Shown here one piece after another: positions 27,648 through 36,796 of a stretch of 47,487 bases of DNA (positions within the stretch are counted from its first letter, which is position 1; each line of letters opens with the position of its first letter). The notes beneath the pieces are model-generated. The model had not been told where the DNA came from, did no database searches, and saw only the letters and a list, made by a program, of their open reading frames with translations. This stretch comes from a virus (taxonomy: Duplodnaviria > Caudoviricetes), in the IMG/VR virus record IMGVR_UViG_3300034993_000075, positions 1-47,487 of that record; one strand, written 5' to 3'. The position numbers were made by a program, and so were the translations under genes.

Positions 27648-28306
27648 GACGCCACCGCCGCGGCCTGAGGCACGATCGCCCCGAGAAGCAGCCCGGGATA
27701 CCGATCCAGCAACACGCGGAGGGCACGTTGGTCGGCGTCCACATGGCCACGGATTACCTGGAGCTTCGGCAGGTAGTGATAGCCCGCCGACCACGAGAAC
27801 CCCGCCAAGCGGACCCGTGAGGCCCCACTCCACAGGGCCAGCGCCACCGTGAAGATGCCCGCCGAGCACGCCGTATTGACGCCAGGGCTATGGTCCCGAC
27901 GATCACAAATGGTCTGTTCGATCCACCGCTTCACCGGCTTGTCGATGACCGACCACGACTCGCACGAGGCGCCCATTTTCCGGAGACGTGTCAGTGACTC
28001 ATCCTCGGTCGGACGGATCGGGCTTCGAAGAAACGCGATGTGTTTCACGGCCCGGTTGGCCCCCTGCCGGCACATGGTCAGATGGAGGCTCGCCGCCGAC
28101 GGCTTGCTGTTGAGCACCCAGATGTCCGGCACGCCCGCGACGCTACTGATGGCCCCGTTCACGCAGATCACGACTTCGCCCGGATCGGTCCTCGCGTGCT
28201 TGGTAGGTAGCGGCGCAGAGCCGACGACCACGCAGCGCCGATTGCGCACGATGGCCCCGAACGCCTCTAGTTGCGTCTGGTCTGGCGTGGTGGTCAATGG
28301 CAGCAT
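27644..28306 (-). CDS. GT29 (sialyltransferase)-like glycosyltransferase
   Basis: RCVVVGSAP (sialylmotif L-like), VICVN, SAG......AL..GA..V.LAGF..YHY (motif S/III-like). Confidence 0.65.
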   Translation of the reverse strand: MLPLTTTPDQTQLEAFGAIVRNRRCVVVGSAPLPTKHARTDPGEVVICVNGAISSVAGVPDIWVLNSKPSAASLHLTMCRQGANRAVKHIAFLRSPIRPTEDESLTRLRKMGASCESWSVIDKPVKRWIEQTICDRRDHSPGVNTACSAGIFTVALALWSGASRVRLAGFSWSAGYHYLPKLQVIRGHVDADQRALRVLLDRYPGLLLGAIVPQAAAVAS

Positions 28307-28968
28307 TACGACGCCACCGCCATGCGTTCCGCGAAGACTTCAGCTAGAGGACGCATCGGGAACGACACCAAGGCGCTCCCTGACGTGCAGTTCACGATCT
28401 CGACGCCCACCTCGGCCAAGGGCTTCACCAGCGTCTTGAAGGCCGTCAGGCAGGCGGCCACCGGTGGCACCGTGTGATCCGGGTGTTGCCCGAAGAAGTG
28501 ATCCCTGGATCGCCGCTTCTGGTCGACCCGCATGTCATAGCCGAGCAGGACGATCCGCGAGGCCCCGAGATGGACCGCGAGGTTGATCGCCTGATACCCG
28601 CTGTTGAATCCGGTTCGAACGGCGGACGGATCCAAGTCCAGCCCGTAACCGCCGGTGTGGCGAAGGAGCTGCACGCCGGGATACGGCTTCAGGGTGTATT
28701 TCTGACCGTTCCGGTGCGCCTCGCACTCGTGGAACTTCGGGTGGTTGCCCTTGTAGTTCTTGTCCGCCCAACCCCACCACTTGTTGTCGCAGGCGTACAT
28801 GACATCCGCCCACGGCGCCAGTTTGTAGGTGTCATTGACCGCGATCACGACCGCCCTACCACGGCAGGCATCGACGTCCTCCGCGCGGAGCGAGGGACCG
28901 CTGCCCAAGCAGACGACCGTCGATCCTGGGAAGAGACGCGGCACGGTGGAATAGACCCGCTCCTTCAT
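28306..28968 (-). CDS. Maf/DUF115 (MptE-like) glycosyltransferase-fold protein
   Basis: VCLGSGPSL, VIAVN, YACD, NSGYQAINLAVHLGASRIVLLGYDM, HFFG, IVNCT..SAL..F. Confidence 0.8.
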   Translation of the reverse strand: MKERVYSTVPRLFPGSTVVCLGSGPSLRAEDVDACRGRAVVIAVNDTYKLAPWADVMYACDNKWWGWADKNYKGNHPKFHECEAHRNGQKYTLKPYPGVQLLRHTGGYGLDLDPSAVRTGFNSGYQAINLAVHLGASRIVLLGYDMRVDQKRRSRDHFFGQHPDHTVPPVAACLTAFKTLVKPLAEVGVEIVNCTSGSALVSFPMRPLAEVFAERMAVAS

Positions 28969-29918
28969 GCGTCGGTCCCGTTCCGCCCGTCCTTGCCGTC
29001 TTTCCCGTCGCGCCCATTCCGCACCGCGAGCCGCCAAGACTTCGCTTTGACGTCACCAGGCCAGGTGGCCGTCTCCGTCTGCGCGATCCAGAACTTGCCT
29101 TCGTAGGTCACGCCGGCGCCGCGGGGATACGTGCGACCGCGCTGCCACACACCGGCATCCCACGGGATCGGAATGGGCTGTTCCTTCACCTGATCGCCAC
29201 GGCTGAACCGAGCGACGAGTCCACGGCCATCGTCGAACTGGAAGTCCACGTCTTCGAAGCCGAGACCATCGACGCCGTCTCGCCCAGGTGCGCCGTCCTT
29301 GCCGTGCAGACCGTTCGATCCGTCCTTGCCGTCAATCCCAGGTGCGCCGTCCTTGCCGTCGCGTCCGTCACGTCCTGGGAGTCCGTCCTTGCCTAGTGCG
29401 CCGTCTTTGCCCTGCATGCCGTCGGCTCCGTTCTTCCCGTCAATGCCGTCGCGTCCGTCCGCTCCGGGTAGCCCCTGCTCGCCGTCTTTCCCATTCAGGC
29501 CGCTGGATCCATCCTTACCGTCGACGCCATCGCGACCGTCCTTGCCGTTGAGACCTGGAGCGCCGTCCTTGCCACTGGCACCATCCGCGCCGTCTTTGCC
29601 GTTCAGGCCGTCCTTCCCGTTGAGTCCTACCGATCCGTCCTTGCCGTTGAGTCCGTCGCGTCCAGAGGCACCGTCACGGCCTGCGTCACCTTGCGGCCCG
29701 ATCGGCCCAACCGGACCCGCAGGACCGACGACCGCCGGCCGTGACTCGATCGCCAACAGCCGAGCGCGCGTATCCGCCGCGAAGTCCTTCAGCGCCTCCA
29801 CAGCATCAGGCGCCACGACCGGACGCGCCTCGAGTAGCGCAATCTTCGCCAGCAGGGGCGCCGTCGCGTCGTGAATGGCGAGGGAAATCACGTCCGCGAG
29901 TTCCGCCGTCAATGTCAT
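28965..29918 (-). CDS. collagen-like protein with C-terminal CBM5/12-like domain
   Basis: About 50 Gly-X-Y triplets with 9-aa GKDG-xxG-xx periodicity; GVW..G.TY..G..VT..G..WIA..W. Confidence 0.85.
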   Translation of the reverse strand: MTLTAELADVISLAIHDATAPLLAKIALLEARPVVAPDAVEALKDFAADTRARLLAIESRPAVVGPAGPVGPIGPQGDAGRDGASGRDGLNGKDGSVGLNGKDGLNGKDGADGASGKDGAPGLNGKDGRDGVDGKDGSSGLNGKDGEQGLPGADGRDGIDGKNGADGMQGKDGALGKDGLPGRDGRDGKDGAPGIDGKDGSNGLHGKDGAPGRDGVDGLGFEDVDFQFDDGRGLVARFSRGDQVKEQPIPIPWDAGVWQRGRTYPRGAGVTYEGKFWIAQTETATWPGDVKAKSWRLAVRNGRDGKDGKDGRNGTDA

Positions 29919-31276
29919 ACGTGGGCCATCTCGGCCACCTTTCGACGGATGGTCATCAGGAACTCTCCGGCCGGCATGGCTTTCTCTTCCGGCTCTGGAT
30001 CGGGCTCAGGTTCGGGTGGCGGCGCAGGCTTCGTGACGAAGGCCTCGTCCGAGGCATCCCGTCTTGCGAGGGCGGCGATGCTGTGGTACTGCTGCTGCGC
30101 CAACGGGGACGCCCCGCCTTCGACAGGACCGAGATCCCAATACCGCTTTCGAATCTCGTCGTAGGACATCCCGGCGCCGACGGCTTTCGACGCCGCCTCC
30201 GATTTGCCAGCTGTGTCCATCTTGAACAGGCCATCCAAGTCGAACTCCACGCCGAGCGTCTTGCTTGGGACCGTCGTCAGCTCCAGCCCTTCGTCGAGGC
30301 AGAGTTCCAACTTCTCGATGTGCGTCTGGAGACAGTCCGTGTAGTACTGGAGATTGAAGACTTCCGCGTTGTTATGGGTCGGATCGGCCCCGATGCCCAC
30401 CTTGTGCCGCGGCATGTGGAAACACTTCGCGATGTCCTCGTCGGTCATGTGCAACTGTTCGATCAGTTGCGATTGCTCCGCGGTCATCGCGATCGTGTTG
30501 AACTTCATCCCGCCGGTCAGGACCGCAATCGACCCAGGCTCGCGCTCGTTCCACCGGACGAGTAATTCGTCGGCCTGCGCCCTCGAGATGTCGATCGGAA
30601 CCTCGAGGATGCCGGCCGGACGCGACCCGCTCGCGAGGAAGGAATGCGCCGTACGCCGACTCGTCAGGCCGTCGATCGCCGGATACCCCGCGGCATAGAT
30701 CGGCGAGATCCCGACCAGTGGGTGAAACAGTGGGCAGTGGCGGTCGTGAATGATTTCGCGCGCGGGCACCACGACTGACTGCCGCAGCATGGCCAGTTCG
30801 TCAATCGCGAGCTGGTAGAACACCGAGCCATCGGGCGCCACGAGCGGCGTCACGCGATGGGGATCGAGGATGTGCATCGCCCGCACGACGTTCCGCTCGT
30901 CCCGTTCTTTCAGGACGTAGGTGTTCCCGTGCCCTAGTTTCGAGAGCATCCACCACTCGTAGAAGTCAATCCGTGATTGGTAGTCGTTGGGCTTGCGAAG
31001 CACGGGCGCCGACTTCCCGCTATCGATCTCGGTCCAGATGCCTTCGTCGTCCCGCTCGACGAGCTTCGGGCGCAACTTGGCGATGTCGCCCGCGATGAGC
31101 GTCAGACAGGCGTAGAGCGTGGGATTCTGGAAGGCCGTGTCAACGGCGACGTCTTCGTTCCGCTGCCAGGCCCCGGCGGACAACTCGCGAATCAACGGCC
31201 ACCAGCCGCGCGATCCGGGCACCGACGTCAGGGACGCCGCCTTCGTCCGGGTGATCGAGAAGCCGAGAATGTTCAC
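29915..31276 (-). CDS. HK97-family portal protein
   Basis: AC..LIA.DIAKL, L..PN.YQ, GN.Y, EIIH.R, G.SPI, IA..F..P. Confidence 0.95.
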   Translation of the reverse strand: MNILGFSITRTKAASLTSVPGSRGWWPLIRELSAGAWQRNEDVAVDTAFQNPTLYACLTLIAGDIAKLRPKLVERDDEGIWTEIDSGKSAPVLRKPNDYQSRIDFYEWWMLSKLGHGNTYVLKERDERNVVRAMHILDPHRVTPLVAPDGSVFYQLAIDELAMLRQSVVVPAREIIHDRHCPLFHPLVGISPIYAAGYPAIDGLTSRRTAHSFLASGSRPAGILEVPIDISRAQADELLVRWNEREPGSIAVLTGGMKFNTIAMTAEQSQLIEQLHMTDEDIAKCFHMPRHKVGIGADPTHNNAEVFNLQYYTDCLQTHIEKLELCLDEGLELTTVPSKTLGVEFDLDGLFKMDTAGKSEAASKAVGAGMSYDEIRKRYWDLGPVEGGASPLAQQQYHSIAALARRDASDEAFVTKPAPPPEPEPDPEPEEKAMPAGEFLMTIRRKVAEMAHV

Positions 31277-31536
31277 TCGGGATCCTGAACAGCCACGGCC
31301 CGGCGGCGATAGACGCGCTTCGGGCGCGCCGGCTCGGATACTTCTGGTTCACTCGTGCGATCGGGCTCGCCGTGACGAGCTTTCCCGAGCAGCACCAACA
31401 CCTTGGCGTGGTCCTCGCTGTACGCAGAAAACGACGCCCCGATGGCGTACCGTTTCCCGTCGTATTCGCACGGCGCCGTGGCGATAAGGGGTACCAACAA
31501 ATTGGAGACTCCAGACCGAGAGAGTCCGGCGCCCAC
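31273..31536 (-). CDS. small capsid-associated hypothetical protein
   Basis: Between capsid and portal; G..F....A..LV.LGKA; basic C-terminus. Confidence 0.6.
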   Translation of the reverse strand: MGAGLSRSGVSNLLVPLIATAPCEYDGKRYAIGASFSAYSEDHAKVLVLLGKARHGEPDRTSEPEVSEPARPKRVYRRRAVAVQDPE

Positions 31537-31572
31537 GGCCGTTGTTCCGTGAGCGCCGGGTCAGAACGACGA

Positions 31573-33465
31573 CTATGGAGAAGCCAGGCTCGGCCCGTAG
31601 GCGGCGGTATCAATCACCGCGACCACGGTCGGCCGACGCTTCTGCCACCGGATCCACCGCTCGGCGCGGATGCCGATACAGTTGCGCTGCCAGAGGTTGA
31701 ACGTCGGCGCGCCAGGCGACCCGCCCATCATGTCGAGGGTGGCCTGGTTGCTCGCGTCGAGCGTCACGCGACCGTCATCCGCCAAGAAAATCTCGGACGG
31801 CTTGAAGATCACGAGGTGCCCGGCGTCGACCGAGTCGGAGACGATCACCTGATACCCGAACAGCGTGCCGCCCGTCGGGCTCATGTTGATCCCGGTCGGC
31901 TGCTGCCCGAGGGGGTTCGTAAACATGCTCAGACCCAGCCCGATCGCCGGTGTGGTCACGACGACCAGCCCCATCAGAGAGACGTCCGCGGCCACCAGCG
32001 TCGCGAGCGCGGTCTTGAAGTCGTAGAGGAACGACGCCAGATCCGCCCCGGTCGCATTCGGCGCATTCACGCCGTAAGTGATCGAGGCCGGGTTGTTCGC
32101 CCCGGACGCGATGCCGACCTGAATGAACTGCGCATCCAGGAACCGCGCGCACTGCTCGACGAGGTCGTTCCGGACGGTCGCTTCGGCATCGGGCCGCGAC
32201 AGCCGGACCAGTTCCTCGGTCAGCACGACGATCCCGGCCGCCTTGCTCTTGCTCAGCGTGTCGCGCGTGAACGACAACTCGCTCACTGGCTTCGGGGCCG
32301 CCTCCCCGACCCACGCGAACGTGGATCCACCGGTCTGCGTGATAATCGGGATGTTGAACGGGACCGGCCGGAACCCGGAGACCTTGCCGATGATGGTCTC
32401 GGGCCGCAGAAGCTCGACGAACTCGGTCTCGATCGTGTTCGGGTTCACAAGTTCCCCGCCCCACGACGGGCTCGCGACTTCGGTCGTCCCGGGATCCGCC
32501 TTGAAGTGCATCGCCTTCGCGTAGGCGGCGACTTCCGGCGTGTCCGTAAACCGCTTCGCATACGCGAGCGTGTCCGACAGACTGCCCCGGCCCGCCGCGA
32601 CGGCCATCGCGTAGCGCACGAAGATCTGGCCCTTCTCGCGCTTGACGACTTCGACAACCGGCCTGGCAGTGCCAGTCCTCGCGGCCGACGGCATCAAGGG
32701 CCGCGACTGGATCGCCTGTGCATCTTCGACCGTCTGCAGCTGCTTGACGCGAGTCGTCAGCGCCGGCACTTCCTTCATGAGCGTGTCGCGTTCGGTAACG
32801 TCGTCACCGTCGAGACCGCCGTTGGTTTCGTCTTGCGACATGAGCGCCATCAGCCGATCGTTCTTGACTTGCAGATCGGTTTTGGCCCCTGTCAACTGTT
32901 CGGAGACATTCATGGTCTGTGCTTTCGATGAAATCCCCAGAACACCGGGGGAGGAAGACGGTCGCCCAATGCCGGACACGGCGGGGGTCGACGCGTCAAA
33001 CTGTTTGACGGCGGTAATCGTGGCCTCCAGGTTCATCGGGATCGTCACGGCCGAGAGTTCGCCCCAGAACCATTTCAGGTGACGAACGGCCTTCGACCCC
33101 GAGACCTTGACCGACTCGATCGGATTCCAGCCAATGCTGAGTCCGCGTACGAGCGGAGGGGTCGCACTAAAGGACGCCCAGGCGTCGTCGACGAGGCTTT
33201 TCAGCCGACCTGGTGTCGAGACTCGAGAGACGCGGGCCTTGATGTGGATGCCGTCAGGACGCACCTCGGCGGCGAACACTTCGCCGATCGGGGACTTGGC
33301 ATCGTGGAACCAGAGGAAGGGCATTGGCAGCGTGAACTGCGCGCCCTTGGGATCCATGATGTCGCCGCCCCGATCGAGACTCGGGGTCGAGGCAATGCCT
33401 TCGACAATGCGCTGCGCCTGGTCGATGGACTTGATTTCGAGAAGGCTGTACGCCTTATTGAGCAT
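31573..33465 (-). CDS. prohead protease - major capsid protein fusion (HK97 fold)
   Basis: N-terminal GIAST..DR.GD, H, GLSIG, ELSAVTIP.N; C-terminal WVGE..KP, LWQRN.IGIRAER.I.W. Confidence 0.95.
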   Translation of the reverse strand: MLNKAYSLLEIKSIDQAQRIVEGIASTPSLDRGGDIMDPKGAQFTLPMPFLWFHDAKSPIGEVFAAEVRPDGIHIKARVSRVSTPGRLKSLVDDAWASFSATPPLVRGLSIGWNPIESVKVSGSKAVRHLKWFWGELSAVTIPMNLEATITAVKQFDASTPAVSGIGRPSSSPGVLGISSKAQTMNVSEQLTGAKTDLQVKNDRLMALMSQDETNGGLDGDDVTERDTLMKEVPALTTRVKQLQTVEDAQAIQSRPLMPSAARTGTARPVVEVVKREKGQIFVRYAMAVAAGRGSLSDTLAYAKRFTDTPEVAAYAKAMHFKADPGTTEVASPSWGGELVNPNTIETEFVELLRPETIIGKVSGFRPVPFNIPIITQTGGSTFAWVGEAAPKPVSELSFTRDTLSKSKAAGIVVLTEELVRLSRPDAEATVRNDLVEQCARFLDAQFIQVGIASGANNPASITYGVNAPNATGADLASFLYDFKTALATLVAADVSLMGLVVVTTPAIGLGLSMFTNPLGQQPTGINMSPTGGTLFGYQVIVSDSVDAGHLVIFKPSEIFLADDGRVTLDASNQATLDMMGGSPGAPTFNLWQRNCIGIRAERWIRWQKRRPTVVAVIDTAAYGPSLASP

Positions 33466-33510
33466 GGGTCGGTTCCCATGCTCAGGCCTGCCGGTGCGAG
33501 ATGTAAGTGA

Positions 33511-33702
33511 CTACCGGGAGGAATGTCCGCGATTGTCCGTAGATGCCCTATGGTTGTCGTGATGGGGGTCGGTGATCCGAATGGATCCGCCGGGGGTGCG
33601 ACGTACCTCGACGGCCCCCTTCTCCACCCACCGTCGTACCGTGCGCTCGTGCACGCGTTCACGGGCCGCGAATTCCTTCACGGTGAATACTTCAGGTTTC
33701 AT
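33511..33702 (-). CDS. excisionase/MerR(BldC)-like HTH protein
   Basis: FTVKEFA..RVHERTVRRWVEKG....RTPGG.IRI; coupled to the terL stop. Confidence 0.85.
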   Translation of the reverse strand: MKPEVFTVKEFAARERVHERTVRRWVEKGAVEVRRTPGGSIRITDPHHDNHRASTDNRGHSSR

Positions 33703-35459
33703 CGGGCCCCCAAGATGATGATCTGACACGTTGCCGCCACATGCGGCTGCATCGCCCGTGACAGGCAGGTAAAGAACGCCACGGCCCCGTCGATCTTGTT
33801 CGGGCTGTCTTTCCCGCCCGCTTTACGGGGGTAAATCTGCCCCTTGTGGTCCCGCTCGACGGAGACGTTCCCGACCATCCAGGCCATCGGCTCGCTGCCG
33901 TCGTGCTGGAGTTTCTTCCCTAGTACCAGCGCTTCGGCCGTCTTCATCGCCGGATCCATCGTGTCGACGTTCTGCGGGATGTCGAGCACCATCTTTTCGA
34001 CCTTGTCTCGGCCCAGGCTCGGTTCCAGCTTCAGCCGAATCTCCTGCATCATCAGCCTGGCCGACCGACGGTCAAAGTCGATCTCTCGGACGTTGCACGT
34101 CTTCACGAGGTCCAATAGGTCGTCCTGAATACGCCGATAGTCCGCTTCGTTCCCTGGCGTGACAATGATCGCCCCCGTCCGAGCCCACCCAGGCATCTGT
34201 GCCGTCGGGGACAGCCGGACCACTTCTTCGGGCACGTAGATCTTGGACAGCAGCGCATACCGCTCAGCGTCGAGCTTGAACAGCAGCGACAGCGCGGACG
34301 GGTCGCGGGTTTCCCCCAGGTCCACCCCGATAAACAGCGGGAACGTCTTCAGCGACTCCAGTGTGAGCCCCGGCGCCGAACAGGTCTGCCACGTCGACGC
34401 CGGCATCCACGACGCCTCGCTGCGAATCCACACGTTGAAATGCTTGGTCAGGAGATTGTTCATCTCCGCTTGGTTCACTTGGGCCGCGGCGATCTTGGCC
34501 GTCAGGTCCGCCGGCTGCACGCTCACCCCGTAGTTCGGGTTGGCCTTCCGCTGCACGGATTCGAGCCTGATGTCGTCCCCGGGATCTATGGTGTAGTTGA
34601 GACCGAAGAACGTCTCATCGTGCACGTCCCCGTTGAGAATCTTCTGCAGGTAGTCGAGTTTCTGGTGGCAGATCCCGCCCACGTCGACCCCGGCCGTCGT
34701 GATGCCCAGGAGCCACGGCTGCAGCCTGGCCCCGGTGCCCGTGTCGAGCACTTGCCACACCGCCGGCGTCTTATGCGCGTGGAGCTCGTCAATCACCGCA
34801 CAGGACACGTTGAGCCCGTCCAGCGAGTTCGCATCCGCCGACAGCGGCATGAACTTCGACGCCGACTCCGGAATAGCCAGACTGCGCGTCGTCTCCGAGC
34901 CCACCCGGACCCCGAACGCCTGGCAGAACCCGGGCGAGCGCCTGGCCATCTCCCACGCGATCTCCGCGACCGCCTTCGCCTGGTCTCGCGTCGTCGCGGC
35001 CGAGTAGCACTCCGCGCCGCCTTCCCCGTCCACCGCGAACATGTACAGGCCGATAATCGCGCCCATCGTCGATTTGGCGTTCTTCCGTGGCACGAGGATG
35101 AGACCGACCTTGAACCGACGGAGGCCGGTCTCCGCGTGGACCCACCCGAACATCGTGCAGAAGATCCAGCACTGCCACGGCTCGAGGCGGATCGGGTTCC
35201 AGAGGTTCCGGCCCTGCTCGTCTTTACCGATGATCTTCGCCAGGGGCCCCTTGATGTGCGGCAGCAGCTCGGCCATCTGACAGATTTTCCGGGCAGGTTC
35301 AGGCTCGAAGCGATACGGGAACCCCTCGGACTGCTGACGGTCGAGATCCCGCCGGTTCCGCTCACACGCCAACTTGACCCACCGGCACGCCAACTGGCCC
35401 CCAGACAGGACGTCCGCCTGATACTGTGCGGCGAGCGCGATGTAGTCCCGATCGCTCAT
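33699..35459 (-). CDS. terL: terminase large subunit
   Basis: LEPWQ, VPRKNAKST (Walker A), IDELHAH (Walker B), ITTAG, GVDL, KIDGAVA; ATG 35459 coupled to terS. Confidence 0.97.
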   Translation of the reverse strand: MSDRDYIALAAQYQADVLSGGQLACRWVKLACERNRRDLDRQQSEGFPYRFEPEPARKICQMAELLPHIKGPLAKIIGKDEQGRNLWNPIRLEPWQCWIFCTMFGWVHAETGLRRFKVGLILVPRKNAKSTMGAIIGLYMFAVDGEGGAECYSAATTRDQAKAVAEIAWEMARRSPGFCQAFGVRVGSETTRSLAIPESASKFMPLSADANSLDGLNVSCAVIDELHAHKTPAVWQVLDTGTGARLQPWLLGITTAGVDVGGICHQKLDYLQKILNGDVHDETFFGLNYTIDPGDDIRLESVQRKANPNYGVSVQPADLTAKIAAAQVNQAEMNNLLTKHFNVWIRSEASWMPASTWQTCSAPGLTLESLKTFPLFIGVDLGETRDPSALSLLFKLDAERYALLSKIYVPEEVVRLSPTAQMPGWARTGAIIVTPGNEADYRRIQDDLLDLVKTCNVREIDFDRRSARLMMQEIRLKLEPSLGRDKVEKMVLDIPQNVDTMDPAMKTAEALVLGKKLQHDGSEPMAWMVGNVSVERDHKGQIYPRKAGGKDSPNKIDGAVAFFTCLSRAMQPHVAATCQIIILGAR

Positions 35460-35929
35460 GCCTTCCCGCCCAACGCCGCCCATGGGTTCGCATCCGCCTT
35501 CGGCTTGTCGCTGACCGCGGGTTTCCCGAGCGCCGTCAATTTGAACCGCGCCAACGACGAGTCCACCCGCTGCGACAACTTCAGGAACGTCTGCAGGTAG
35601 GAGCTCGCCTCTTTCGTGTCCGCCCGCAAATGGTTGATCCTCGCGACCATCTGTCCGAGGTAGGCCACCTGTTGGCACAGCTGGAGAAACCCCTCCGAGG
35701 TCGCCGGCGTCAACGTCCGCTCGGCCACTGCATGTTCCGCCAACCGGTGCCACACGGAACGAACCTCGTCGGGCAGATCCTCGGGAGCCTTCAGCAACCC
35801 CTCCCGCTCCACCGGATCAACCGGGGGCAACTCAGTGCGCACCGGGGCCCGATGCCCCACCATCGGCACCACGACCCGATCCCGTTTCGGTTTCCTCCCC
35901 GACCCCACCCTAAACCCACCACGAGACAT
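35456..35929 (-). CDS. terS: terminase small subunit (P27-like)
   Basis: RGG.R.GSGRKPK, P..L....W..L, F.LT; directly upstream of terL. Confidence 0.85.
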   Translation of the reverse strand: MSRGGFRVGSGRKPKRDRVVVPMVGHRAPVRTELPPVDPVEREGLLKAPEDLPDEVRSVWHRLAEHAVAERTLTPATSEGFLQLCQQVAYLGQMVARINHLRADTKEASSYLQTFLKLSQRVDSSLARFKLTALGKPAVSDKPKADANPWAALGGKA

Positions 35930-35989
35930 TTGATTTATTCCCTGTGTTCCCTAGAACATCTATGATTCAGACAGTTTGAAAAGACCAGT

Positions 35990-36056
35990 TCTGTCAGTCA
36001 GAGGCTGAGCCGGTTTCCGGGCCTTGGCGTGGAACTTTTGACACACCCCCCCCCAT
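35990..36056. other. candidate cos (packaging) region
   Basis: Intergenic between HNH and terS with a poly-G run on the minus strand, as in HK97-like cos phages; exact cut site not determinable. Confidence 0.4.
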
Positions 36057-36412
36057 CATTTCCATCGAGCGCTCGCCGCGCCGCGCGTCGCCTCGTCGGC
36101 CGTCTTACGGTCTGAGCAGGGCTGACAGAGGGCTTGCACGTTGCTCTCGTCATCTGGTCCACCTTCTGCGAGGGGAATGACGTGGTCTCGTATCGTCGCC
36201 ATGCGGTCACGTCCGTCCTTCAGGCACATCACGCAGAGCGGCTGTCGTTCGAATAGCTGGTCTCGAAGTCGCTGTAGTTTCCGTCCTCTAATACGTTTCG
36301 GTTCTGCCGTGCGCTCCCATGGTTGGCTGGGCTGACTCGTGCACCGCCGTTGCCCCGGTGGTAGTAGCGCCTGGCATCCACAGGCGCACGGATGGAGCGA
36401 GGCCGTGGGCAT
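36056..36412 (-). CDS. terminase-associated HNH endonuclease (HK97 gp74-like)
   Basis: PLCVMC..AT..DHVIPL..GG.D..NVQALC..C...KT. Confidence 0.92.
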   Translation of the reverse strand: MPTASLHPCACGCQALLPPGQRRCTSQPSQPWERTAEPKRIRGRKLQRLRDQLFERQPLCVMCLKDGRDRMATIRDHVIPLAEGGPDDESNVQALCQPCSDRKTADEATRGAASARWK

Positions 36413-36417
36413 GTCAT

Positions 36418-36786
36418 CTACACGGCTGGTAACAGGGACCGAGCAAAGGTGATAAACCCTTGCCCGACCGTCGCCGTGTTCGTGCTGGCATCATCGATCT
36501 TGGCCTGCCATTCGTAGGTACCCAGGAGGTCCATGGTGTGATTCCCTTGGATGGTCGCTTCGAAGAGGCCGTGTTCCGCATCCGTGATCGCCGCCACAAT
36601 CGACCCACCCGGGGAGCCCCCTTCGGTGGAGAGGATCACCTCGTGCGTTTCCACGTCACAGACGACGACGCGGATCTCCACATTCGTGATGTCCGCTGGT
36701 TGCTCTTCAAGGTCAGTGACCGCGAACGCTAATCGGATGTCGTCCCCGGCGATGTAGTCGAAACTCCGGGTCATAGTGATAGCCAT
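36418..36786 (-). CDS. BppU-N-like virion structural protein
   Basis: GDD..L.F.V.D..P.DIT, TDA..G.F...I....T..L.G.Y..Q. Confidence 0.55.
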   Translation of the reverse strand: MAITMTRSFDYIAGDDIRLAFAVTDLEEQPADITNVEIRVVVCDVETHEVILSTEGGSPGGSIVAAITDAEHGLFEATIQGNHTMDLLGTYEWQAKIDDASTNTATVGQGFITFARSLLPAV

Positions 36787-36796
36787 GCGGTCCCTT

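Noticed and set aside
29270-29740. CRISPR-like or DNA tandem repeat array
   Set aside because: Periodicity comes from collagen GXY codons; no constant repeat with unique spacers
31372-32931. Long plus-strand ORFs (e.g. 519 aa here, also 985..1974, 12410..13366, 34440..35600)
   Set aside because: Antisense shadows of well-supported minus-strand genes in high-GC DNA; no recognisable motifs
35460-35753. N-terminal extension of terL given in the ORF track
   Set aside because: Overlaps terS; the ATGA-coupled start at 35459 is more plausible
35945-35958. Possible extra repressor operator TGTTCCCTAGAACA upstream of terS
   Set aside because: Shares one half-site with TGTTCTAGAACA but spacing differs by 2 nt; could be chance or a terminase site
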